This document shows, in pieces, positions 9,187 to 17,396 of a DNA stretch of 48,240 nucleotides (positions within the stretch are counted from its first letter, which is position 1; every line of letters starts with the position of its first letter). The stretch is from Desulfobacterales bacterium (GTDB lineage: Bacteria > Desulfobacterota > Desulfobulbia > Desulfobulbales > JAJRZW01), in the NCBI GenBank assembly GCA_026993265.1, contig JALWTY010000202.1, positions 1 to 48,240 on the forward strand. The letters run 5' to 3'. The translations under genes and the position numbers were made by a program. Under the pieces are notes generated by a model that did no database searches, was not told the DNA's origin, and saw only the letters and a program-made list of their open reading frames with translations.

Positions 9187-10282
9187 GTTCCTCGTCTTCA
9201 TGAAGAATCGGAGATTCGTCCATTGTCGCCATGATTTGGCGGTATAGATGAACATTTACACGGACCTGGATCCATTTAGCTGGTGAACCCATCTTCTCCG
9301 TATTCCCAGCTGCAACTTGTTTGATCATTCTCGTACCCCAAATATCCAGGTTCTCATCCCAGCGATGGTCTTTTATAAGGCGTTGTGCGCATTCGACGTA
9401 ACCCGCCGAACCTGATTGCGAACGGCTTCTATAATAAAGCCAGGAATCCGTAAGTGGATAATCGATCCTTGGTACAAAGCCCTTGATCACCTCATCATAA
9501 ACTCTTGGATGAATAGACGAATGGTCTCCATAAATGATGTAATACCGCCCTCCTAATTCCTGATAAAGTTTCCTTTCAAGAATGGTGATCTCACCTTCAA
9601 GTTTCCCATGTTCAGCCGCGCTCTTAGGATAGCTCGATCCCATGGAGATACACTCTATCCCTTTGTCTATTGCGCGGATGCTGTTCATCATGTCGACCAT
9701 CAGGTCGATGGTCGAATTCAATGATGATTGATGAGACAAATATCCTGCGTCCAGAATGCAGATGCAGTGTTTTGCAGGATCGTCCAAGGCTAGCAAAATA
9801 TCTTTTGCTGCTTCTTTTTCCGGAATAGAAGTGATATCGATATGCAGAGCAATTTTTCCATCCTTTTCTAGCTTTCGCGCTTGCTGAACGATATGGCGGA
9901 GTGTCGGATTTCTTATGTCATCTCCAAATTGTACTACTGGAATGATCTTCTCCCGTCCAAGGCCATTATCCTGATCTGCGATTTTGTTTATATAGCTTCT
10001 CCAGCTGACGAAGCTATCCGCTGGGTCGAGTAGTCTTTCTATTTCATCATTCTGGTGTTTTGGTATTCTTGTTAGGTCGAGAATATGAGGGCGTTCTCCA
10101 ATTGCTTCTATAGCCTTGTTGTAAGGTGTAAACACATCTTCAAGTCTTGGCCATTTCCCTATAACAAATACTGGGAGCATGTAATCTTTTATGTTGTCAT
10201 CAAGTTCATAAAGCCCGTTCAGTTCTGCAGGTCTGGTTCGGATGAGCGGGCAGTAATTGACATCCTCGAAGCTAATCGTCAT
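9152..10282 (-). CDS. Beta_protein-family (phage T4 'beta protein'-like / sce7725-like) protein
   Basis: 376 aa. The N-terminus ...YCPLIRTRPAELNGLYELDDNIKDYMLPVFVI... matches the family signature (Y.PilK.k.gE..AL..L......i.Pl.Ei). Its 3' end overlaps the convergent 8407 gene by 35 nt. Confidence 0.65.
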   Translation of the reverse strand: MTISFEDVNYCPLIRTRPAELNGLYELDDNIKDYMLPVFVIGKWPRLEDVFTPYNKAIEAIGERPHILDLTRIPKHQNDEIERLLDPADSFVSWRSYINKIADQDNGLGREKIIPVVQFGDDIRNPTLRHIVQQARKLEKDGKIALHIDITSIPEKEAAKDILLALDDPAKHCICILDAGYLSHQSSLNSTIDLMVDMMNSIRAIDKGIECISMGSSYPKSAAEHGKLEGEITILERKLYQELGGRYYIIYGDHSSIHPRVYDEVIKGFVPRIDYPLTDSWLYYRSRSQSGSAGYVECAQRLIKDHRWDENLDIWGTRMIKQVAAGNTEKMGSPAKWIQVRVNVHLYRQIMATMDESPILHEDEELIDEDFVDFEF

Positions 10283-10772
10283 TTCTGTTCTCCGAATGCT
10301 CGACTGGTGTTGGCCTAATGGGTGCGGACGCCGTCGTGTTTATTACAATTTCTCTAAGGATATCGTAAGCACCCGCTAGCTGGCTAATGGTTTGCTGATC
10401 TGTTTCTGCAGACCGCTCAAGCTCATCTATGGTGAGCTGCAATTTCTTGTGTTCTTCTTCTAGACGTGTTTTGGTTTTTTGTAATTTTCTAATTTTTTTC
10501 TCCGATCCGTCGAGTTTTTCTTTATGATTATCTTCAAGGGTTTTAATCGTTCGTTGATGAAAAATCGCAAAACCAATCGCCCATAACCAACCAACACCAC
10601 CTAATCCTATAAAAACCATATATTTATAATATTCGCTAACATATTTGTCTGGCGCGAAAAGGAGTGCCAAGGCAATTCCGGCAATCGGAATAATGTAGCT
10701 GAAGACGTATTTCACTGTACATGCCCCCACTATCGTACCTCGGCTTCCGGTCCGGATGTCAGGGCCTGACAA
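10272..10772 (-). CDS. Membrane protein with a cytoplasmic coiled coil; first gene of the Beta_protein operon
   Basis: Two TM segments (YIIPIAGIALALLF, FIGLGGVGWLWAIGFAIF) are followed by a charged coiled coil (KKIRKLQKTKTRLEEEHKKLQLTIDELERS). The track start at 10772 is a TTG, and GTG at 10715 (MKYVFSY...) is more plausible. It overlaps the Beta_protein start by 11 nt. Confidence 0.6.
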   Translation of the reverse strand: MSGPDIRTGSRGTIVGACTVKYVFSYIIPIAGIALALLFAPDKYVSEYYKYMVFIGLGGVGWLWAIGFAIFHQRTIKTLEDNHKEKLDGSEKKIRKLQKTKTRLEEEHKKLQLTIDELERSAETDQQTISQLAGAYDILREIVINTTASAPIRPTPVEHSENRNDD

Positions 10773-11355
10773 TAACCTCAGTGGCTGGATGCTGTGGGTT
10801 CAGCGGTCTCAGGGATTTCCAGCCCGGAGATAGGTGTCAATAGCGATATCCTTAGTGAAGCCCGCTGTTATATTGAACCTTTCCTCGTAAGACGGCAGAT
10901 AGTGGCTTGGCTATGCGCATTGTGTGGCTTCCTCTGTCCTGGTCTTAGCCGTAACAGGTAACCACAGTTCTTAAGAAGAGGCATAGAAGATCTGCCTCAA
11001 AAAGGTTGCTTGCAGTCATAGTCATGCGGCGGTGGTGAGCGGTGAAGCTTCACCTTCATCTTCACGATCACGAGGCCGCGAACTGGCATTATGCAAGAGC
11101 CGCGGCCTTTCATAGCCATCTTTTAGCACTCCCTATTAAGGTTCGTGGCAGGTTTAGGCCCACCAATGGGGTAGTCCGCCTGCGCGACATCCGACGTCAT
11201 AAATACAAGTAATAGCCAAGGCTGTCAAGATAATACGTCAACATATGGGGGTGTACGGGTATTAATAGACGCAGCATATTGTGGATATCCTGTAGATAAA
11301 CAGTTTGCCGGTGGCCAATGTGTTGCCTGGGAGGACGCGGGCACCGACGGTTATT

Positions 11356-11383
11356 TTGGAGCCACCTGACTCCGGGCTATAAT
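11356..11383 (+). promoter_or_regulatory. Candidate sigma70 promoter of the csrA paralogue (TTGGAG-N16-TATAAT)
   Basis: TTGGAG lies at 11356-11361 and TATAAT at 11378-11383. The leader that follows carries three GGA motifs (11388, 11399, 11415), and the last one lies within the SD GGAAGGG. Confidence 0.45.
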
Positions 11384-11429
11384 CGGCGGAAAAGAACCGG
11401 AGGGTATTAACCACGGAAGGGTAGCAGAA

Positions 11430-11630
11430 ATGCTTGTTTTGACCAGGAAATCGGGGGAGTCCATTCTGATTCGCCTCTCTGACGAGGTCGATCCCGACAC
11501 GCCCGTGCGGGATCTGTTCCAGAAAGGCCCCATAAGGATACAGTTGCTGAACAGGCAGGACCGGAGCCACCGCATCGGCATCGAGGCGCCGGCGGAGTTC
11601 GTGGCCCTGCGCGAGGAGATCGCCGACTGA
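11430..11630 (+). CDS. csrA: CsrA/RsmA-family RNA-binding regulator, RsmN/RsmF-like variant with an internal insertion
   Basis: 66 aa: MLVLTRKSGESILI...(insert SDEVDPDTPVRDLFQKGP)...IRIQLL.....HRIGIEAPAEFVALREEI. The CsrA hallmarks (MLvLtRk.GEsi.I, iGI.AP..v.i.ReEi) are present. The extra ~18 aa sit where RsmN/RsmF carries its internal helix. Confidence 0.85.
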   Translation: MLVLTRKSGESILIRLSDEVDPDTPVRDLFQKGPIRIQLLNRQDRSHRIGIEAPAEFVALREEIAD

Positions 11631-11852
11631 GGTGGGGCGCGGCTCTCGGGCTGCTGCTGCCAGCGGTCTGCGCCGGCTGGACCAATGGTCCCTCGGGAAA
11701 CGCCGTCACCGATGAAGCGTGGGAGTGCGCGGACCCGCCGTACTAGCGCAATCATTGCTGTCTGTTCAGGCGGGGCAATCGGGATCGGGTACTGGGTCAT
11801 CGATGAAAAGATGGCATGGAAGATTGGCAAATAGAGGGCCTGCTCGGAATGG

Positions 11853-14800
11853 ATGAGAAATACAAATATAGGGGGCAGGTGGTTATTGTTGATCTGCCGG
11901 ATTTACGAAGAAACCGAATATAACTCAACGAGTGTAAAGAATATGTTTAGGGGGGGGAGAAACGGGGTTCGCCCAGTATGCCCTTGCATTATAGCTTTTC
12001 CCTTGTCGGTGATCTGCCTCGTTTCTTATTTTCTGTCCGGACTGATAATTCTTTCCACCCCTGATTTGGTGCGCGCCCATTCAGACGGGCTTCTGTGGGA
12101 CGCAAATAGAGCGCACCAAGAATGCATAAATCTAATTCCCCGAGGAGACCCTGGTCAGTTTACCTGTACTTTTTGTGCTGGCAATCATGAGATAAATCCT
12201 GGCGACACCTGTACATATCTGTATGGTGGTGGAGGTCAAACAAGAACGGTGCTGGCGCCAATGTGGGTAAATCTGCAATATGGGAAGTTCTATTCTGGAA
12301 GCCATTACGATCCTACTCTTTGCCCGGCGGGGACGGAATACAATCAAGACGGATACTGCTCACCAGGGCTGCCAACTTATTCACCGCCAAATATTGAGAA
12401 AAGCAAGAATCTTGGCTGCGGAAGGAATAGTAGTCTGGCGGGAAATCCCTGCAATCCAGCTACGGGCAACAAGTATTTGTTTGAGAAAGATTTTGCGGCT
12501 CCTAACGGGTCACTTTCTTTTGTTCGCTACTACAATAGTTTTTTGGACAAGAATTTTGGCCTTGGCTATGGCTGGACGACACCGTATTTTTCAAGACTTG
12601 AGATAGGCGGGGCTACAATAGTGGCGCGACGACCGAACGGACGCGGAGATATATTCATCGACAATTCCGGCCAATGGATTGGTGATGCTGATAGTAATTT
12701 AAGTTTGCATCAAGATGTATCTGGTTTTACGTTACAGCTGCCGGATGGAACAACAGAAAAATACGATACAAATGGAAAGCTCGTTTCAATAACTGATGTC
12801 TTTGGCAACAACACAACATTGACATATGATACCCAAGGGCAGATTAGAACCATATCCTCCGATACCGGAGAGTCACTGACTTTTACCTATAACGCTTCAA
12901 AAATTGGGACCGTCACTGATCATTCTGGTCGTGTCTGGGTATACCGGTATAACCCATCGGAAGGTCTCGAGTACGTGGAAAATCCAGATACAACAATTCG
13001 CCAATATCATTACGAAGATGTAAATTTCCCACATTTACTTACTGGCATCACTGACGAGCGGGGTATTCGTTATGCGACCTATCAATATGATGAGCAAGGT
13101 GGGGTCATAGCAAGTTACCACGCGAATGATGTAAATCGAATTGATATTTCATACGTGGATAGCAATACAAGGATTCTCAAGAATAGCACTAATGAGACTA
13201 CTACCTATGCGATCACCCAGCAGCTAGGCGTCGCCCTAGTTACCAACATCTCCGGTCCTGGCTGCTCCACCTGCGGCACCGGCAACACCAGCTATCAATA
13301 CGACCCCGCCAACAACAACCTCCTCAGCAAGACAGAAAACGGCGTCACCACGGAATACGGCAACTACGACGCCAAGGGCCAGTACGGCTATAAGATCGAG
13401 GCCAAAGGTACGCCTGAGGAGCACCGTACCGACTACACCTACGACAACCGCTTCTACAATAAGATTACCTCCATCACCGAACCCTCGGTCTTCCCAGGCA
13501 ATCAGAAGATCACTACCTATACCCACGATGACTGGGGCAACCGCACCTCGGAGACCATTTCGGGCTTCGACCCGGTCGGTAATCCGGTTTCCCGCACCAC
13601 TACTTGGCAATACGGCGGCGATGGCACCCCCGAATGTGATGCCGTGCCGCTGCACCAGCTCTGCCGGGTCGACGGGCCGCGCACGGATATCGAGGACATC
13701 ACTTGGTATCGCTACTATCCCAATGACAGCTCGATCCCGGTGGGCAGCCGGGCTCGGCTGAAGGAGGTCGAGGACGCCAACGGGGTGCTCATTCGATCCA
13801 ACATTAAGTACACCGCCACCGGCAAGGTCGCCTCCGAGGACCGTCCCAACGGCCTGCGTCTCACCTACAGCTACTACTATGGCAACGACCGCCTGGAATC
13901 CCTCACCGAGACCGACACGGCCACTGGAGAAAGCCGTACCACCCGCTGGACCTATCTCCCCACTGGCGAAGTGGAGAGCATCACCCAGGGCGATGGCACC
14001 CCCGAGGCGGTCACCCTGTACTTCGGCTACGACGACGCCCGCCGCCTGGTCCGGGTCACCGACGGCCTCGGCAACTACATCGAATACACCCTCGACACGG
14101 AGGGCAACCGCCTGGCAGAGAAGACCTATGACACTGCCGGCACCCTGAAAAAGGCCATCACCCAGACCTTTGACCCCTATAACCGCCTCGACACCACCGC
14201 CCAGGCCAATGAATCAGTGGACTATGATTTCGCCCCCAATGGCACCCTCGACCAGACGACCGACGGCCGGGGTGTGATCACCGATTACAGCTACGATGCT
14301 CTGAAGCGCCTGGTCAGCGCCACCCAGGACCCGGGCGGTACCGATCCCGCCACCGCTGATACCGCTGTCACCTACGGCTATGATCCCGCCGGCAACCTGA
14401 CCTCGGTCACTGATCCCGTCGGCGGCAACACTACCTATGCCTACGACGACCTAGGCAATCTGGTTTCGCGGACCAGCCCCGACACTGGTACCACCAGCTT
14501 CCGGTACGACGAGGCCGGCAACCTGATCGAGAAGACCGACGCCCTGGGGCAGGTCTTCACCTACAGTTACGACGCCCTGAACCGCCTCACCCGCATCGAC
14601 GCCCCTGGCACGGCCGACGACATCGAGTATGTCTATGACCGCTGCGCCAAGGGTGTTGGCCGGCTGTGCCGGGTGAGCACCGCCGATGGCGCCGTGCACT
14701 ATGCCTACGATGCTTTCGGCGACATCACCCTTCACCAGGCTGTCCGCTATGAATACGACGCCGCGGGCCGCCTCCAGGCCCTGACCTACCCTAGCGGGGC

Positions 14801-16796
14801 CCGGGTGAGCTACAGTTACGATGCCGCCGGCCAGGTCACCCAGGTCGACTTCCAGCATGGCAGCCTGACCCGCACCTTGGCCCAGGGCGTCACCCACGCC
14901 CCCTTCGGCCCCGTCACCGCTTTCACCTACGGCAACGGCCTGACCTTCAGCCAGAGCCTCGATACCGCCTACCGCAGCCTGCGCCGCACCGTGCCCGGGA
15001 TCCTCGACCTCGACTACACCAGCACCGGCTATCCGGAGGGCTACGACGCCAACGGCAACCTCCTGGTCCGACGCGATCTCGTCGCCGGAGCCGACACCGG
15101 CTTCGCCTACGATGCCCTGAACCGCCTCGACACCGCTGACGGCCCCTTCGGCACCCGGGACTACGACTATGACAAAAACGGCAACCGGGCCCAGCTCACC
15201 GCGGACGGCCAGGCCACGGCCTACAGCTACACCTCCAACAGCAACCGCCTGAACAAGATCGGCGCCACCGACGTTCTGCTGGACGCCAACGGCAACACCC
15301 TCAACCAGGGCCTGTGGACCTACGCCTACACCACCCACAACCGCCTCAAGACCGCCACCGAGGACACCACCCTCCGGGCCACCTTCGCCTACAACGGCCT
15401 GGGCCAAAGGAGCCAAAAAACCGACGCCGTCACCGGCCGTGGAAAACTGTTCCTCTACGGAACCCAGGGCGAACTGCTGATGGAAGCCGACGCCGATGGC
15501 AACATCCTCACCGAGTACATCTACCTCGATGGCGAACTGCTCGCCCTCTACCGCCCGGACGAGGATCAGGACGGCACCCCCAATGCTGAGGAGCCGCCCG
15601 AGAACCTGCCCGCCAACCTCGACAGCGACGGCGACGGCGTCCTGAACCGGGATGAATGGCTGATCCACGGCAGCGACAGCCTGGATGCCGACACGGACGG
15701 CGACGGTATTCTGGACGGCGAGGAGATTGCCCAGGGCACCGACCCCGTCTATGCCCTGAGCTATCCAGGGGACGGCGACGTCAACCAGAACGGCGAGGTC
15801 AATGTTGGTGATCTCCTCCTGGTGACCCAGATGGCCCTGAAGATGCGCGCCCCGACGCCGGAGCAGTTCGTGCACGCCGACATCAACCGAGACGGCATCA
15901 TCGACGTGGTGGATGTGCTGCTGTTGCAGCGGAAGATCCTGTACCCGACCGGCAGCGCGGCGCTCGATACAGGCGACGAAACCAGGCTGGCGAACAAAAC
16001 CGAAGCCGTTGTTCCCGCGCGGGCTGGAATCCAGACCCTTCTGGACTATCTCATCCCGCTAGCCCATGCCGCTGCCGGCGATCCTGGGCAGCTATACTAC
16101 GTGCACAACGATCATCTGGGAACGCCGTGGGCTGTGACCGATGACAGCGGAACCAAGGTCTGGAGCGTAAGCTACGATCCGTTCGGCAAGGCGACGGTGG
16201 ATGCGGGCAGTATGATTGAGATGAATGTGCGGCTTCCGGGACAGTATTATGACCAGGAGACCGGGCTGCACTATAACTACTTCAGGTATTACGATCCCCG
16301 AACAGGTAGGTACATCACAGCGGATCCGCTTGGATTGGCGGGTGGGGTCAATATATACACGTACGCCCTGAATAATCCGTTATATTGGATTGACCCTTAC
16401 GCGCTTGATATTACTGTTTCGTTTAATCCCAACGCAGCGGCTGGCTTTGGCCACGTTGGACTTGGAGTTAACACTCTAGATACGGTAGGGCAGAGACCTC
16501 AGCCAAGTGCGAGTTCCATTCGAATGGCGTTAGGATTGAATGTTCCAGGGGAAATATCTCCAGATCCGACCGCGCCATTAAGTGTCACGATACCGACTAC
16601 GTCAGAGCAAGATCGAAATGCGCAGAAATGTATTGAGACGCGGACACAGCAACAGCAAGATTACAATTTGTATAACAATAACTGCACTCTGTTTGTTAGA
16701 CAGTGTTTGGGGGCGGCGGGGATAAATACGCCTAATACCATCCTTCCAAGAACGCTATTTAATGATCTTCAACGCAATTTTGCTGGAAATCCGTAA
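11853..16796 (+). CDS. RHS/YD-repeat polymorphic toxin (1647 aa)
   Basis: There are dozens of YD repeats (e.g. YTYDDLGNLVSRTSPDTGTTSFRYDEAGNLIEKTDALGQVFTYSYDALNRLT). The RHS core reads LYYVHNDHLGTPWAVTDDSGTKVWSVSYDPFGK...GQYYDQETGLHYNYFRYYDPRTGRYITADPLGLAGG (PxxxxDPxGL cleavage motif at 16323-16337), followed by a ~130-aa variable tip. An alternative start at 11943 (MFRGG...) would give a signal/TM-like N-terminus. Confidence 0.9.
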   Translation: MRNTNIGGRWLLLICRIYEETEYNSTSVKNMFRGGRNGVRPVCPCIIAFPLSVICLVSYFLSGLIILSTPDLVRAHSDGLLWDANRAHQECINLIPRGDPGQFTCTFCAGNHEINPGDTCTYLYGGGGQTRTVLAPMWVNLQYGKFYSGSHYDPTLCPAGTEYNQDGYCSPGLPTYSPPNIEKSKNLGCGRNSSLAGNPCNPATGNKYLFEKDFAAPNGSLSFVRYYNSFLDKNFGLGYGWTTPYFSRLEIGGATIVARRPNGRGDIFIDNSGQWIGDADSNLSLHQDVSGFTLQLPDGTTEKYDTNGKLVSITDVFGNNTTLTYDTQGQIRTISSDTGESLTFTYNASKIGTVTDHSGRVWVYRYNPSEGLEYVENPDTTIRQYHYEDVNFPHLLTGITDERGIRYATYQYDEQGGVIASYHANDVNRIDISYVDSNTRILKNSTNETTTYAITQQLGVALVTNISGPGCSTCGTGNTSYQYDPANNNLLSKTENGVTTEYGNYDAKGQYGYKIEAKGTPEEHRTDYTYDNRFYNKITSITEPSVFPGNQKITTYTHDDWGNRTSETISGFDPVGNPVSRTTTWQYGGDGTPECDAVPLHQLCRVDGPRTDIEDITWYRYYPNDSSIPVGSRARLKEVEDANGVLIRSNIKYTATGKVASEDRPNGLRLTYSYYYGNDRLESLTETDTATGESRTTRWTYLPTGEVESITQGDGTPEAVTLYFGYDDARRLVRVTDGLGNYIEYTLDTEGNRLAEKTYDTAGTLKKAITQTFDPYNRLDTTAQANESVDYDFAPNGTLDQTTDGRGVITDYSYDALKRLVSATQDPGGTDPATADTAVTYGYDPAGNLTSVTDPVGGNTTYAYDDLGNLVSRTSPDTGTTSFRYDEAGNLIEKTDALGQVFTYSYDALNRLTRIDAPGTADDIEYVYDRCAKGVGRLCRVSTADGAVHYAYDAFGDITLHQAVRYEYDAAGRLQALTYPSGARVSYSYDAAGQVTQVDFQHGSLTRTLAQGVTHAPFGPVTAFTYGNGLTFSQSLDTAYRSLRRTVPGILDLDYTSTGYPEGYDANGNLLVRRDLVAGADTGFAYDALNRLDTADGPFGTRDYDYDKNGNRAQLTADGQATAYSYTSNSNRLNKIGATDVLLDANGNTLNQGLWTYAYTTHNRLKTATEDTTLRATFAYNGLGQRSQKTDAVTGRGKLFLYGTQGELLMEADADGNILTEYIYLDGELLALYRPDEDQDGTPNAEEPPENLPANLDSDGDGVLNRDEWLIHGSDSLDADTDGDGILDGEEIAQGTDPVYALSYPGDGDVNQNGEVNVGDLLLVTQMALKMRAPTPEQFVHADINRDGIIDVVDVLLLQRKILYPTGSAALDTGDETRLANKTEAVVPARAGIQTLLDYLIPLAHAAAGDPGQLYYVHNDHLGTPWAVTDDSGTKVWSVSYDPFGKATVDAGSMIEMNVRLPGQYYDQETGLHYNYFRYYDPRTGRYITADPLGLAGGVNIYTYALNNPLYWIDPYALDITVSFNPNAAAGFGHVGLGVNTLDTVGQRPQPSASSIRMALGLNVPGEISPDPTAPLSVTIPTTSEQDRNAQKCIETRTQQQQDYNLYNNNCTLFVRQCLGAAGINTPNTILPRTLFNDLQRNFAGNP
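15768..15941 (+). other. Dockerin-like duplicated EF-hand segment embedded in the RHS core, preceded by TSP3-like Asp-rich repeats (from ~15555)
   Basis: GDGDVNQNGEVNVGDLLLVTQMAL...HADINRDGIIDVVDVLLLQRKIL is the two-fold D.N.DG.v...D signature of type I dockerins. Upstream, DSDGDGVLNRDE...DADTDGDGILDGEE resembles thrombospondin type 3 repeats. Confidence 0.6.
16407..16793 (+). other. C-terminal toxin tip of the RHS protein: His...Cys permuted papain-like (LRAT/PPPDE-like) candidate
   Basis: After DPLGL...WIDPYAL the sequence becomes AT-rich. It has an ordered His (AAGFGHVGLGV) followed by ...YNNNCTLFVRQCL (an NCxxF-type Cys), the order seen in LRAT/PPPDE-type permuted NlpC/P60 folds. This is a motif-level call only. 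Confidence 0.4.
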
Positions 16797-17185
16797 TGGT
16801 TGCATTGCTAGACAGTTTTCCATTTAGCAGGCCGCTTGTTCTTTATGTTCTTGCAGTTTCCATAGCAAGAGGAATTTTCTTGCCGGATTTCAGGTATGAT
16901 ATAGTTTCGATTATCTTAATACAGGTGGTTTATCCGGTTGCGTTGTTCGTGCCGATGATAATGCGATTACAAGATGAGCATTTCTGGGGCTACTATTTTC
17001 TTTGTATTGGTGGAATAGTGTTAGCAGCGTTACTAGCATTGCTCAGATATTATTTTGAGGCGGGAAAAGCTAATGTTACTGACCAAGTCAGTGTGGCGGT
17101 GGTATCGTTATCTTTTGCTGCTCAGATTGGCCTGTATACCGTGTTGGTTATTTCGTTACTTATTGTTAATAAGGTGAAAGGGTGA
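16796..17185 (+). CDS. Putative RHS immunity protein (polytopic membrane protein)
   Basis: 129 aa. The ATG overlaps the RHS stop (TAATG). It has four hydrophobic segments, is AT-rich like the toxin tip, and occupies the canonical immunity position. Confidence 0.65.
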   Translation: MVALLDSFPFSRPLVLYVLAVSIARGIFLPDFRYDIVSIILIQVVYPVALFVPMIMRLQDEHFWGYYFLCIGGIVLAALLALLRYYFEAGKANVTDQVSVAVVSLSFAAQIGLYTVLVISLLIVNKVKG

Positions 17186-17332
17186 GCTTCTCCGTCTTGA
17201 CCTCCCCAGCAGCTACAGACAGTTCAACATCCTCCACACACCAGGGATCTTCAACGCCCAAAATCCGACTGTACAGCTCTCGGTCTCTCATGCCTTATAC
17301 GCTAAACTACCCACACAATTCGGGGAAGAGCC
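17166..17332 (-). mobile_element. ISL3-family insertion sequence remnant (terminal inverted repeat plus the first ~35 codons of the transposase)
   Basis: On the minus strand, GGCTCTTCCCCGAATTGTGTGGGTAG (terminus at 17332) is followed by an ATG at 17291 encoding MRDRELYSRILGVEDPWCVEDVELSVAAGEVKTEK. That is the conserved ISL3 transposase N-terminus (LY..ILG...PW.V..VEL....GEV). The reading frame degenerates where GC content drops at ~17186, right at the immunity gene stop. Confidence 0.6.
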
Positions 17333-17396
17333 AAGTAGAATTTCTGGCATTACTCTCGGTGTAGACGGTGGAGGCGGCCGGTTTGGTCGTTAGGGA

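Noticed and set aside
11262-11830. Minus-strand ORFs 11262..11570, 11351..11830 and 11407..11709
   Set aside because: They overlap the csrA paralogue on the opposite strand. csrA has an unmistakable family signature, promoter and SD, and the antisense products are Pro/Arg-rich.
14451-15875. 474-aa minus-strand ORF inside the RHS gene
   Set aside because: It is antisense to unmistakable YD repeats. The product is Gly/Val/Ala-rich with no motifs.
17182-17364. 60-aa plus-strand ORF after the immunity gene
   Set aside because: It is antisense to the ISL3 transposase N-terminal remnant and terminal repeat. The product is Ser/Thr-rich.
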